Positions 1 through 10,084 of a DNA stretch of 52,137 nucleotides are shown here, one piece after another (the first letter of the stretch is position 1; every line of letters starts with the position of its first letter). The stretch lies in the IMG/VR virus record IMGVR_UViG_2778261534_000002, one strand, 5' to 3'. The notes under the pieces are model-generated. The model saw only the letters and a program-made list of their open reading frames with translations, had not been told where the DNA came from and did no database searches. The position numbers and the translations under genes are program-made. Source of the stretch: a virus (taxonomy: Duplodnaviria; Heunggongvirae; Uroviricota; Caudoviricetes).

Positions 1-35
1 CTCAACAGGGGGATCTTTTCACCGCTGGTACCGAG

Positions 36-61
36 TTCTCTTAAACCAAGGTTTAGGATTG
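36..61. other. cix/hix-type invertase crossover site
   Basis: TTCTCTTAAACCAAGGTTTAGGATTG follows the 26-bp Hin/Gin/Cin crossover pattern (core AAACCAAGGTTT); overlaps the invertase stop codon (53-55); partner site must lie left of the window. Confidence 0.55.
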
Positions 62-613
62 AAATGATGACGCCGGAAACTTCTTATAAAGAGTGGAAAC
101 AGCCACATCATAGATGATTGCAACCTGCTTACGGGGGATGCCCTTCTCCAGCAATCGCCGCATTTGCTGCCATGTTTCTTCCTGGTATTTAGGCCGACGC
201 CCACCTATTCGACCTTCTGCGCGAGCTGCATCAAGTCCAGCGCGTGTACGTTCAACAATAAGTTCACGTTCCATTTCTGCCAGCGCCCCCATTACGTGAA
301 AGAAAAAGCGCCCCATTGGTGTACTGGTATCGATGGAGTCAGTGAGACTCCGGAAGTTAATGCCTCTGTCACGCAGCTCTTCCACCAGCACAACTAGGTG
401 ACGCATGCTGCGCCCAAGACGATCTAACTTCCATACGACCAGGGTGTCGCCTCTGGAAAGCATACGGAGAACCTTTTTTAACCCTGGGCGTTCAGCCTTT
501 TTGCCGCTCGCCTTATCCTCAAAAATTAGCTCACATCCTGCGCTTTCAAGGGCGTTTCGTTGTAAAGCGGTGTTTTGGTCATTAGTTGATACGCGAATGT
601 ATCCAATAAGCAT
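53..613 (-). CDS. cin: serine DNA invertase (Cin/Gin/Hin family)
   Basis: 186 aa; N-terminal resolvase catalytic motif GYIRVSTNDQ, C-terminal HTH; size typical of Hin/Gin/Cin. Confidence 0.9.
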   Translation of the reverse strand: MLIGYIRVSTNDQNTALQRNALESAGCELIFEDKASGKKAERPGLKKVLRMLSRGDTLVVWKLDRLGRSMRHLVVLVEELRDRGINFRSLTDSIDTSTPMGRFFFHVMGALAEMERELIVERTRAGLDAARAEGRIGGRRPKYQEETWQQMRRLLEKGIPRKQVAIIYDVAVSTLYKKFPASSFQS

Positions 614-617
614 ATGT

Positions 618-640
618 CCCCCCTTGTATGTTAAGGGGGG
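618..640 (-). promoter_or_regulatory. stem-loop just upstream of the invertase start codon
   Basis: CCCCCCTT-N7-AAGGGGGG, perfect 8-bp stem ending 4 nt from the cin ATG; on the mRNA it would sequester the G-rich SD-like tract. Confidence 0.3.
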
Positions 641-718
641 AGATTTTAGAAGATGTCCTGTAAGGAAATAACAAACTGACTAAGTTAGTGGCGCATTAGA
701 TGTTATTTCTGGAGGGGT

Positions 719-1045
719 ATGTTTGCAGATTATGAAAATCTGGCTGTAGTAGTCATAACATCCCTACTAAGTGGAACCGGCGTATTCCTTCTCGGAGTTA
801 GAGACGGGCGCATTTCTGCGTCCCTGCTCAATCTTGCGAGTGAATTGTTTACTGCGGTAACAGCCGGGCTTGCGGGGTATGGGGTGGCGGTTAGCCAAGA
901 ATGGCCTGAAGGTATCATTTTCTGCGTTGTTCTGATTGCCAGTAACAACGGTAGTGAAATTTTACAGGGCTTGAAGTCCAGAGCTAGTAACGTCTTGAAT
1001 CTCTTAAGCGTAATAGCGAATGGGGGAAAAGGTGGAGAGAAATAA
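719..1045 (+). CDS. holin-like small membrane protein (LydA-like)
   Basis: 108 aa, three hydrophobic segments, SD GGAGGGG before ATG; first gene of the operon that continues into dar-like genes, as lydA does in P1. Confidence 0.45.
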   Translation: MFADYENLAVVVITSLLSGTGVFLLGVRDGRISASLLNLASELFTAVTAGLAGYGVAVSQEWPEGIIFCVVLIASNNGSEILQGLKSRASNVLNLLSVIANGGKGGEK

Positions 1046-1491
1046 TGGGTAACTTTGGAAATTATTTCATTTTTATCATGGCATTTGTTGCCATCATTGA
1101 CCGTTTCATTTTTCGTCGCAAGAGTGTTGAGATTTTGAGTATTGGTGACGCTGTAGTGAAAGAATCCGCTATAGCATTTCCTGTTTCGCTACGTGTTAAG
1201 CGAAGCTGGGTCAGCAATGCTCAAATCGAATATTGGTTGCAAGACCTGAAAAATCCATCTGTGGTTATTTCAGGGAAAACGCGACCAGTTGACGCCTCAA
1301 AACGCGGTGAGAGAGAAGAGTATTTGCTCATCGATACGAAATATCTTGAGCCAACGAAGTGGGATCTGAAAGTCACATTGACTAACGGTAACTGCCGACT
1401 GAATCCGCTTTATCGCATTTTCCCTATCAATGACTGCATAGAGCGCCAGTTTACGATCGAAAAGCGTGAAGGAGACTGGGATGTCAAATAA
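1045..1491 (+). CDS. LydB-like (antiholin-like) protein
   Basis: 148 aa, N-terminal hydrophobic segment, start overlaps preceding stop; assigned by position and size only. Confidence 0.35.
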   Translation: MGNFGNYFIFIMAFVAIIDRFIFRRKSVEILSIGDAVVKESAIAFPVSLRVKRSWVSNAQIEYWLQDLKNPSVVISGKTRPVDASKRGEREEYLLIDTKYLEPTKWDLKVTLTNGNCRLNPLYRIFPINDCIERQFTIEKREGDWDVK

Positions 1492-2101
1492 GAATAATTA
1501 TGTTCTTCTTAATTATGATGAGTTAAACGAAAAGGGGCTGGCAAAACTCGTCAAAGAAATCAGCAAAGGTGGTTACAAGATAGCGAGGGTGATCCCTGCA
1601 AGTAATGGCAGGAAGAAAGATGGGATCATGACGCGCACGTTTACTCTTATTGGTATTGATGAACAGACAATGGAAGTTCAGGTTAACGATACCGGTGATA
1701 TATCTGGGATCAAACTGAATGGTAAAACAGTACCGTTCAAGCCAGTAAAAACAATGTCGGCTTTGGGGCAATCTCTTGCGGCTTTATTTAATCGCGGAGC
1801 AACTTCTTTCCAGAAGTCATTAGCTCGAAAACTTGCTCGTGCAGCAAAAAATATTGATGATGGAAATAAGAAGCGGCAGGGAGTTAAATCTAACGCTCAG
1901 AAATTAGCTGAAGCGAAAGAATCACGTGATGCACTCCGTGAAGATATCGCTAATGCTAACGACAAACTGTCTAAACTCCAGAGCAAGTCAGACAAAGTAA
2001 TGCAAGATACGGGTAACGTTAAAGCTGCCTTGTCTCAGGAAGTAGCTAAGACACGTGCTCTTAAAGAAGAAATCGCGCGCCTGGAGGATGAGCATGATTA
2101 A
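1481..2101 (+). CDS. Hdf-like protein (homolog of DarA fragment)
   Basis: 206 aa from ATG 1481 (SD GAAGGAG); weak resemblance to an internal region of the downstream DarA-like protein; ORF-track start GTG 1466 overlaps the upstream gene. Confidence 0.4.
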   Translation: MSNKNNYVLLNYDELNEKGLAKLVKEISKGGYKIARVIPASNGRKKDGIMTRTFTLIGIDEQTMEVQVNDTGDISGIKLNGKTVPFKPVKTMSALGQSLAALFNRGATSFQKSLARKLARAAKNIDDGNKKRQGVKSNAQKLAEAKESRDALREDIANANDKLSKLQSKSDKVMQDTGNVKAALSQEVAKTRALKEEIARLEDEHD

Positions 2102-4031
2102 CAATCCTTTACGAATTAATATTCAGTCTACTTTTGCTGATACGATCCCCGGCTATATGCCAAGTCGCTGGTCTTCAGAAGAATTAAGCGAAGATGACCT
2201 GATTTTTGAGGCGGCGACCTTAGAAGATATTGAGCTTGCCTATATGGGCAATGAAATTCTGGTTGTGTCTGACGAAGCTATGTTTGAGTCCATAACTACA
2301 ACCAGAATTCGGTTAGCTCAAACAATGCGAGCTTTCGTCCGTGCGCTGAATCGTGGCCTGAATGGTACGAATATTATGGCAGGGACTGATGAAGCTGGGA
2401 CCGATGAAAATGGACGTAATTGTATTGGTGGTGCGATTATCGGTCGTGTACGTCGGGTAGCTAATATCCCTGTTTTGACCGCGCAGATACCGCTTACTGA
2501 CGGGCAGAGTACAAGCATAATTTTCCACTCTCCAACAGCTGACGGGGCAAAAATAAAGAGTAACGACGAGCTTGTTGCATTTCAGTTTTTACTTAATAAG
2601 CGTAACGTAACTCACGTTGTCGCCCCGATTGGTGGGAGAGATGTTTCTTTAAGCCAGGTATGCCAGGCGCTATCTAATTTGATTGAGCGTAACAGCGAAA
2701 AATTTAAGAAAGCAAAAGAGCGCCAGGACAAAATGAAGGCAGATATTGAGAGTTATCTCAATGAAGCAGATAAACTGGCAGAAGAACGGTCAATAATGAT
2801 TGATCAGGTGGAAGTTGCGCAACGTGGGCTGACTGAAAAGCGTGCTGCTCTTACGGAGATGCAAAAAAAACTTGATGCCCAGAAAGCTATCAATGAGGAG
2901 TTACAAGCAAAACGCGATAAATTGTTGTCTTCTAAAGGAGAAAAAACGAAAGAACGAGCGTTTAGTGACCAGCTGCGACATGTAAAACATAATCTTGCCA
3001 TTGACGGAAAAACAGTGCTGGATAATGGCGCTGAAGTTAATTATGTCACGTCCGGCAGTGACAATTTCGTTACGATAGTAGCACCTGAAGGTAAATTCAG
3101 TATTGATGCCAGTGCTGTCAAAGGAGGCAGTTTGGCAGATGCTGCAACCAAATTACTTAAAGCCTACCGAGAGCATAACGCAGAAAAATATAAAGTTGAT
3201 TTGTTACCAGGCCAGCTGGAAGACTCCGAACCACCACAGACGGACCCCGAAACAAACCCAGTATCACAACCAGAGAGCCAAGATGTAGGTAAATACCACT
3301 ATGCACTTCAATCTCGCCCGGCTGGTGTTGGTGCTGTTCCGGATGGAAATAAAGCCGTGCTTGATCGTCCTGACCAGGCTGATCAGTATTACGAATATGC
3401 TCGTCACGGTATCATTACGTATGACCGTAAACTGACAGATGAAGAAGTCAGCCAGTACGAGTTGCTTTATCTTCCTGATGAAGATGAGCTGAAAGATTTT
3501 GCAGGCCAATTGGTTGCGTCCAGCATGTCGAAACATATTGATGGCTATGTGGACCTGTTTGGCAGTGACCTGAAAACATTCAAGGCGCAAGTGAAAATTC
3601 TTTTCCGCAAAGCGTTTCCAAACGTGGCGTATCCACTTAGTGATGGGGAGAACCTTTTCATTATGGACGTGTATAACGCCCTTCAAAATCATTCAAGCGA
3701 AGTAAAAACAGAGCATGTGGTTGAGCCAGAATCACAACCACAACCACAACCACAACCAGCACCAGAACAGGAGTCGGAGCCAGAAGAAGCGGGTGAATCA
3801 GCAAGTGAAGCTGATCAGGAAGCAGATAAAGCGCTGGAGTACCTGAAATCCGTGCCGGAGCAGTTTACATCCCGCGATCTGACGGTCATCAGTGCTGAAC
3901 TTGATCATGTGCAGGAAGCAGCAAACGCTCTAATCAGTGCAGGTCGATACGACGAGAACGAAGCCACTGTGGGTGCAGCAGTTGACTACCTGATCAATAT
4001 TCTGGCTGAAATTCAGCAGGGAGGTGTTTAA
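2094..4031 (+). CDS. DarA-like capsid-internal antirestriction protein
   Basis: 645 aa from ATG 2094 (GGAGG SD; ATGATTAA overlap with upstream stop); size and operon position match P1 DarA; coiled-coil region and PQ-repeat linker. Confidence 0.45.
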   Translation: MINNPLRINIQSTFADTIPGYMPSRWSSEELSEDDLIFEAATLEDIELAYMGNEILVVSDEAMFESITTTRIRLAQTMRAFVRALNRGLNGTNIMAGTDEAGTDENGRNCIGGAIIGRVRRVANIPVLTAQIPLTDGQSTSIIFHSPTADGAKIKSNDELVAFQFLLNKRNVTHVVAPIGGRDVSLSQVCQALSNLIERNSEKFKKAKERQDKMKADIESYLNEADKLAEERSIMIDQVEVAQRGLTEKRAALTEMQKKLDAQKAINEELQAKRDKLLSSKGEKTKERAFSDQLRHVKHNLAIDGKTVLDNGAEVNYVTSGSDNFVTIVAPEGKFSIDASAVKGGSLADAATKLLKAYREHNAEKYKVDLLPGQLEDSEPPQTDPETNPVSQPESQDVGKYHYALQSRPAGVGAVPDGNKAVLDRPDQADQYYEYARHGIITYDRKLTDEEVSQYELLYLPDEDELKDFAGQLVASSMSKHIDGYVDLFGSDLKTFKAQVKILFRKAFPNVAYPLSDGENLFIMDVYNALQNHSSEVKTEHVVEPESQPQPQPQPAPEQESEPEEAGESASEADQEADKALEYLKSVPEQFTSRDLTVISAELDHVQEAANALISAGRYDENEATVGAAVDYLINILAEIQQGGV

Positions 4032-4399
4032 TGACCATCTCTGTTTTAGACCGCCTGAAATTAGGTAAAGAGCTATCAGATCTAATGCAGGCGCAGAAAA
4101 CTGCGCCAGTATTGCAACGCGTCACCATTGGTAAGCAGATTGTTGATGTGATGCTGAAATTGGGCCTGGGGACTGCCGCGCAACCGGCAGCGGAACCGCA
4201 ACAACAGACTGATCCTATTGTAGATGAAGTCCCTAAGATAGTGACTGACTTCCTGGGCGGTGTGTTCACAAAGTCCACACAAATGGAATTTATTGATGCG
4301 CTGCGTGGGATCTCAAACTATGTTGGCGAGTTCCTTACGTTGGAGCAGGCTAAAGAGCAGACCATAAGCTGGGTGAAAGCTAACGGTTATGCCGGGTAA
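4031..4399 (+). CDS. DdrA-like small virion protein
   Basis: 122 aa, start overlaps darA-like stop, followed by intrinsic terminator; assigned by synteny. Confidence 0.35.
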   Translation: MTISVLDRLKLGKELSDLMQAQKTAPVLQRVTIGKQIVDVMLKLGLGTAAQPAAEPQQQTDPIVDEVPKIVTDFLGGVFTKSTQMEFIDALRGISNYVGEFLTLEQAKEQTISWVKANGYAG

Positions 4400-4402
4400 T
4401 CA

Positions 4403-4428
4403 AAAGGGGCTGAAATGCCCCTTTCACT
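4403..4428 (+). terminator. rho-independent terminator
   Basis: GGGGC-tgaaat-GCCCC stem followed by TTTCACTT. Confidence 0.5.
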
Positions 4429-4481
4429 TATCTGTTCTCACATAAATCACACACTTTTTACACTCACAGCTTTCTCTATAG

Positions 4482-5879
4482 TTGGAGTGTATTTTGAACA
4501 AATCAGTTACTTCTGCGCTTTCCGAGGCCGCAGATATTAACAGCGTCATTGCTCTGGTTTCTTCATTAGAGAGGAAAGAAACACGCCTGGGGCGAAGTAG
4601 CTACGTAGTCACCAGCAAAGGTGCAGAGGTAAAGACGGCTTTTAAGGTCGTTGACGCCAGCAGTCTGATCATTTCGAACAACCTTGACGGTGCGATTAAC
4701 CCGGCCTTCCCGGAAGAACTCCAACCACGAGATCGTACCCGGCTATCCAGCAAACTCCAGGTTAACCGTATTGCCTCCAATTTACGCCCGGCACAATTAA
4801 CGGATTCCGGTATGAGCAGCCACGGAGCGCCTATAGTTGGTCCGGACAACGTTGTTGAATCCGGCAACGGAAGGAGTATGGGTATCTGGCGTGCCTATGA
4901 GCAAGGACAGGCGGATGAGTATCGCCAGTACCTGATCGACCATGCGAAAGAGTTTGGTCTGAATCCTGACGAAATTTCGCAAATGTCTATGCCCGTACTG
5001 GTGCGAGAAAGACTCACAGATGTAGACCGCGCTCAATTTGCCCGCGATTCAAACATTAGTGATCTGCAAGAGATGGCAGCAAGTGAAAAAGCGTATGCGG
5101 ATGCGCAATTTCTCACTGAGAGCGTCATGGCGCTATTTAATCCTTCAGATGATGGAAATCTGCTGGCGCGGTCCAATGATGCGTTTATTCGTGCGTTTTT
5201 GCGCGAAATTGGCGATACAGCGATGGCAGGCTTGCTTACTGCCGATGGGCGTCCCACGAAACAGCTTATCGATCGCATCCAGAATGCAATTTTTGCCAAA
5301 GCGTACAAGGATGAAAGGCTTGTTCGGCTGGTGTCGGAAGAGCCAGATCCGGAAATGCGTAATATCCTGACCGCATTAAATACGGCAGCCAGCGATTTTG
5401 CGCAAATGCAGTCGCTGTCTGGCGACGCTCACCATGACGCAGTAACAGGCTTAGTGGACGGTATAGAGCAGGTTAATGGCCTGGATACACAGGCGATAGC
5501 AGCACTCCAGGAAGCAATTAATCTTGTTCGTGAAGCCAAAGACAACGGTCAGGCCGTTGAAGAAGTGATCGCCCAAAGGGGGTTATTCGGCGACAGTACA
5601 CCGGAAGCTGAGGCATTGGCGCTATTCATCGTAGCAAATAATCGCAGTGCGAAGCGTATGGGGGCAGCATTCAAAAAAATGGCGCAAAAAATCAACGACG
5701 AGCTGACTCATAAACAACAGGCATTGGGCGATATGTTCGGCGGTGGCGATGTTGATCTGCGTCGTATTTTGTCTGCTGTATCTGATGAAATTGAGGGTGA
5801 ATTTGGCGAAGGGAAAGGTCTGAACTTTGCTATGTTTGAAAATTCTACAGATCTAAATAATTGCCGTACGGAAAACTAA
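4482..5879 (+). CDS. virion-associated protein (DdrB-like?)
   Basis: 465-aa ORF (track start is TTG; true start uncertain), acidic C-terminus, between dar-like genes and portal-like gene. Confidence 0.35.
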   Translation: MECILNKSVTSALSEAADINSVIALVSSLERKETRLGRSSYVVTSKGAEVKTAFKVVDASSLIISNNLDGAINPAFPEELQPRDRTRLSSKLQVNRIASNLRPAQLTDSGMSSHGAPIVGPDNVVESGNGRSMGIWRAYEQGQADEYRQYLIDHAKEFGLNPDEISQMSMPVLVRERLTDVDRAQFARDSNISDLQEMAASEKAYADAQFLTESVMALFNPSDDGNLLARSNDAFIRAFLREIGDTAMAGLLTADGRPTKQLIDRIQNAIFAKAYKDERLVRLVSEEPDPEMRNILTALNTAASDFAQMQSLSGDAHHDAVTGLVDGIEQVNGLDTQAIAALQEAINLVREAKDNGQAVEEVIAQRGLFGDSTPEAEALALFIVANNRSAKRMGAAFKKMAQKINDELTHKQQALGDMFGGGDVDLRRILSAVSDEIEGEFGEGKGLNFAMFENSTDLNNCRTEN

Positions 5880-5943
5880 ACCAACCGCTGAAATCACATA
5901 CTGATTATGCTGCCGCAAAACTGGAAACAATTTGCGGTGATTC

Positions 5944-7626
5944 ATGGCAACGAAAGACAAAAACAAAGGCTTTCTGTCAGCATTGAAGAAAGCCTTCAAC
6001 GGTGGTGATGTTACGCCCGCCGATCCGGTCGTTTTTACGAGCGGGCATAGTGTCGTTGCTCGTTCCGGCCTGTCTGCTTTACGCCCAGGTATACTGGGGA
6101 GCAACAGCGATGGCATGACGAGTGCAGCAGATTCAATTTCTTTATCCTCTGAACTGCCCGGCGAGCGCCTGCAAAAGTACAACATCCTGGAAACGATGGC
6201 TAAAAGCCCGACTATCTCGACGGCTTTAAATATTCACATTGCACATGCGCTTGCGCCTTCAAAAAAAACCGGACAAGCATTCATCCTTTCGCCAAAGGAT
6301 GGTTCCGATGCTGAGGCAGTAAGTAGATGTGAAGAGTTAACTGCTGATTTGGGGGCGATGATTAATGACGGACTTCCTTCATGGGCCATGATTATGGCGA
6401 TCTTTGGGGTGTCTTATGTCCGCCCTTATGCTGAACAGGGCAGGGGGATAACAGGCATTGAGTCCAGTTATTACACTCTGCCACACTTCGTCCAGGAGTT
6501 TTATCGTGGTAGCCAGCTGGTAGGTTTCAGTGGTGATTACATCCTGGATACGCATAGTTTGCGCAGAGTAATAACCGAACCGTGGAATCTGGTTTCCATG
6601 AAAAATCCCTATTGGACGCCGCAGCATAAAGTTATTCCGGTCAGCTACGGCACAAAAGGGTACTCACTGTTAAGTGAGCAGGCTGATAAGCCGTTAATGG
6701 AGACGCAGAATTACGGAACTTCATTCCTTGAATACAGCTATGAACCTTACCTGAATTTATGTGCTGCGCTCGCCGCGCTGAAATCAACGCGAAATAATGC
6801 AGCCAAAATTGACCGCCTGATTGCTCTTACGACGAACACACTGGACCCGGTTAATGCGGCGAACTATACGCGTGGCGTCAGCCAGGCATTGAAGCGACAT
6901 AGTGACCTGGTGGCGCAAAGGTCGATTAATGCCAACGCTATTCCGACGGTGCTTAACCACCTGATACCTGTTATGGGAGACGGGAAGAACGGTATCACTA
7001 TTGATACGCAATCCATACCCGCAGATATCAGTGGTATCGAAGACGTTATGTTTCACCTCCGGCAGCTTGCTGCAAGCCTAGGCATTGACGCAACAATGCT
7101 TGGCTGGGCTGATCAGATGAGTGGTGGACTTGGGGAAGGCGGTTGGCAGCAAACAGCTATCCAGGCCGCATTACGTGCGAACTGGATCAGACAGGCCGCG
7201 CAGCGAACTATTTATCGGCTTCATGATATTCACCTCGCTTATAAATACGGGAAGGTTTACACCGAAAAAAACCGTCCTTATGACGTGCAATTCAACTCAA
7301 TGAACACTGCTATCCAGGAAGAGGAAAACCGGGAACTGGATGCACGCGCCAACTTTGTTGCTGTCATCTCCCAAATTATGGACCAGATCCAGAACAACCC
7401 GAAACTGGCTGGTAGTGACGCGTTTATGCGTTATCTGTTCACCGAGCAGTTGCACATCGACGATGACACTCTCAACACCATGATCAAAGAGTTTAAGGCG
7501 AATGAATCAGAGCAAAACAACGAGCATGGTATGTACGAATCCGCGCCGTTGTCGTCCGGTGACGATCCGGAAAACTGGACGCCAGAACAGTTAATAAACT
7601 TTGCAAAATTTGTGATGAGCAATTAA
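5944..7626 (+). CDS. portal-like head protein (Prt-like)
   Basis: 560 aa; size and position immediately upstream of a head-processing-like gene; call by synteny, not motif. Confidence 0.4.
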   Translation: MATKDKNKGFLSALKKAFNGGDVTPADPVVFTSGHSVVARSGLSALRPGILGSNSDGMTSAADSISLSSELPGERLQKYNILETMAKSPTISTALNIHIAHALAPSKKTGQAFILSPKDGSDAEAVSRCEELTADLGAMINDGLPSWAMIMAIFGVSYVRPYAEQGRGITGIESSYYTLPHFVQEFYRGSQLVGFSGDYILDTHSLRRVITEPWNLVSMKNPYWTPQHKVIPVSYGTKGYSLLSEQADKPLMETQNYGTSFLEYSYEPYLNLCAALAALKSTRNNAAKIDRLIALTTNTLDPVNAANYTRGVSQALKRHSDLVAQRSINANAIPTVLNHLIPVMGDGKNGITIDTQSIPADISGIEDVMFHLRQLAASLGIDATMLGWADQMSGGLGEGGWQQTAIQAALRANWIRQAAQRTIYRLHDIHLAYKYGKVYTEKNRPYDVQFNSMNTAIQEEENRELDARANFVAVISQIMDQIQNNPKLAGSDAFMRYLFTEQLHIDDDTLNTMIKEFKANESEQNNEHGMYESAPLSSGDDPENWTPEQLINFAKFVMSN

Positions 7627-7639
7627 CCGGAGGGAAATA

Positions 7640-8638
7640 ATGCAATCACTGAATACTGTTACGGATCGCTTCTCCCTGGTAGAGAAAATCCGCAAACACA
7701 CACCGCAGAACAACCGAAATTATGTCATTCAGTCGGTACGAGACACATTCAACTCGCCAGAAACAAAAGAGCGTATCGCGCTGGGTGAGATGTATGGTTA
7801 TTACGGTCATGGTCGCCGGGCGATGCACTATAACAAAACGAAAAGCCTGAACTTGCCGGAAGTCTCTGTTGTGATGGTAGATGGGAAGCCTGTTGTATTG
7901 GAGAACGTGCCGTCAAACAGGACTATCGACATTTCGATTGACGACAACGGCATTGTTACGCATACGCAGGAAATACTGGATACAGACACCGGGCGTATTG
8001 TTCAGGGCATGATTAATTCTGGTGCTGGTGGTTGGTCGTGGGCTACATCTGGTCCAGATTCATCGGTATCCCTGGTAAAGTCTTTCCACGGCTTTGATTA
8101 CGTAACTGTGCCTAACTATATCAGCCTCGACAAGAAAAGCCTGATGCTTGAATCAGCAGAAGAGCGCGATGCGGCTATTCATGCAGCACTTATCGAACAA
8201 GGTTTTACCGATAACGCTGCTACGGATCTGGTTCACCACTTTTCAGCAATGAAAAATCAGCAAGCCATGCTCGAATCTGCACATCGTGAAGCCCTGGAAT
8301 CAGAATTGATGCTCCTTGAAGTGGAAAACATACAGCTTCGAGATAAGCTGCGCGCTCAAACAGCGATGATGGAAAGCCAGGGGGAAAATGCAAAGCAATG
8401 CCGCCGGATTTTGCGTGACGCTATCCAGGAAATGCCTGTTTTTATCAGCGCAGAACAGCGCCGGGCGCTCTGCCGTATGCAGTCTGAAGATGATGCCCGC
8501 ATAGTGGCTGCGATGCTTGAATCTCTTGGGGCAAATGCTACTTATGGCTTACCGGTATCAGGCAAGAAAGAACCAGAGTTATCACCGAAGGAGAACAAAA
8601 ACACCACCCCGTTACTCTTCGTTTCTAGAAGGGGGTAA
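7640..8638 (+). CDS. head morphogenesis/processing protein (Pro-like)
   Basis: 332 aa, tightly follows portal-like gene; C-terminal coiled coil. Confidence 0.35.
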   Translation: MQSLNTVTDRFSLVEKIRKHTPQNNRNYVIQSVRDTFNSPETKERIALGEMYGYYGHGRRAMHYNKTKSLNLPEVSVVMVDGKPVVLENVPSNRTIDISIDDNGIVTHTQEILDTDTGRIVQGMINSGAGGWSWATSGPDSSVSLVKSFHGFDYVTVPNYISLDKKSLMLESAEERDAAIHAALIEQGFTDNAATDLVHHFSAMKNQQAMLESAHREALESELMLLEVENIQLRDKLRAQTAMMESQGENAKQCRRILRDAIQEMPVFISAEQRRALCRMQSEDDARIVAAMLESLGANATYGLPVSGKKEPELSPKENKNTTPLLFVSRRG

Positions 8639-8651
8639 CCGCCTTGTTAAG

Positions 8652-8666
8652 TTAAATTTCTAACAT
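8652..8666. promoter_or_regulatory. operator-like 15-bp motif
   Basis: TTAAATTTCTAACAT, member of recurrent family ATGTTAGAAAACTAA / TTAGTTTTCTAACAT. Confidence 0.4.
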
Positions 8667-8753
8667 AGTGTATTTATATACACTGTTGATCCTGGTGGAT
8701 GGGATCGAGTAGGATCGCGGTCACTGCTCCGGTAGCGACTGCCAAAAAAGCAA

Positions 8754-8777
8754 AAGCCGCTGAGAAGCGGCTTTTTG
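8754..8777 (+). terminator. rho-independent terminator
   Basis: AAGCCGC-tgagaa-GCGGCTT stem followed by TTTTT. Confidence 0.6.
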
Positions 8778-8838
8778 GGTGTATAAATCCACTGCCATAG
8801 ATTTATACGGTAGATAGATTTTTTCACGGAACTATCTG

Positions 8839-9801
8839 GTGAGTATTTTAAATTCAGTTTCAGTAACTTTCAACACTTCTGAGTATAAAAACAACACTGA
8901 ATACCACAAAAAAATCAAAGGTCATCAGTTGAGTTTTTTTGCTCGTCATAGCGGTCTTCTTTCCCCTTCACATAGCGCCATTATTGCCGAGTTCGCCAAC
9001 CTGGCAGGGTCTACCGATGAATACATGATCCGTCGCTCATATGCTGATATGTCCGAGATTACAGGACGCAGCATTTCTACTGTGCGCCGGGCATTTGCTG
9101 AAGCGACGAAGTGCGGAATGCTTGTTAAGCAACATCAGGTAGCGAATAACAATGCCCAGGTGTGTAACGTATATCGGTTTACGACACAATTTCTCCACTT
9201 CATTCATGTAGCAATGGAGATAGGGGGTAAGCAGGGCATCAAATTTGCCAACGCCACAAAGCTGGTTAAGCAGTTGATTTCAAAGGTTCGTTATTTTTTT
9301 GAAACTGGGAACCCCCTGTTCAAATTGAACAAGTCCCCCCATGTTCAAAATGAACAGCCAATAGAAAATAAGAGTCACTCTATAGCCAAAAGAAGAGAAA
9401 GATCATGCGCGGTTCAGCCAAAGGCTTCACCAGCAGATAGTACTCAAGCGGATAATGGGGGACTGGATAAAAAAACAGTAATCAGGGAAGAACATACCAA
9501 CCACTGCCTGGCGGCGGCAAAAGCGAGAGCTGCAAAGCGTCGTTCAGACGAGGGGCACGCAAAACGGCAGGCTCTGTATCGTACCGCTGAAAAGCTGGCA
9601 AAAAAATTTGCATGGATACGTAGTGCCGCTACCGCAGTGAATAAGCCTAAACAATCCAGTGCCCTGGATTTCTCAATGGATTATTCTGGCTCCCAGGGGT
9701 GTGTAACCATTGGTGAAGCCTTTGACCTGATGAAACAGCGTGGCTATCGGTCTGAATTTGACCGTGAGGATTGGTCAATCCCGGCGGGCTTTAGGGGATG
9801 A
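8839..9801 (+). CDS. RepL-like replication initiator (tentative)
   Basis: 320 aa (track start GTG); HTH-like N-terminal region, K/R-rich C-terminus; preceded by operator-like motif and palindromes; identification tentative. Confidence 0.35.
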   Translation: MSILNSVSVTFNTSEYKNNTEYHKKIKGHQLSFFARHSGLLSPSHSAIIAEFANLAGSTDEYMIRRSYADMSEITGRSISTVRRAFAEATKCGMLVKQHQVANNNAQVCNVYRFTTQFLHFIHVAMEIGGKQGIKFANATKLVKQLISKVRYFFETGNPLFKLNKSPHVQNEQPIENKSHSIAKRRERSCAVQPKASPADSTQADNGGLDKKTVIREEHTNHCLAAAKARAAKRRSDEGHAKRQALYRTAEKLAKKFAWIRSAATAVNKPKQSSALDFSMDYSGSQGCVTIGEAFDLMKQRGYRSEFDREDWSIPAGFRG

Positions 9802-9854
9802 CCTGTGTGTCTACAAAACATCCCAATGATCGGAAAATGCTCGCTCGATGATTT

Positions 9855-9898
9855 GTGTTAGAAAATTAATTTGCTGTTTCTAAATCGGAATGTATGAT
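9855..9898 (+). promoter_or_regulatory. operator-like motif overlapping sigma70-like promoter of immunity module 1
   Basis: GTGTTAGAAAATTAA (9855-9869) followed by -35 TTGCTG (9871-9876), 16-nt spacer, -10 TATGAT (9893-9898). Confidence 0.45.
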
Positions 9899-10084
9899 CT
9901 GCATCATCGACTGAAGTCATCCATTGCTGAAATTTTTAGTTGATCTTCCATGTTTTCAGGCTTATATTCATGCCGTCGTAGCAAATTCTGCGACCGGGTT
10001 TGACAGCCTGAATACTTACGCGGACAACCGCACATTTCCGATATTGCGGTATTTTTGTGTCCGTAAAACCACGTTACGCCCGAA

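Noticed and set aside
114-671. Plus-strand ORFs (114..299, 164..397, 405..671) across the invertase gene
   Set aside because: Antisense to a well-supported serine invertase gene; no independent support.
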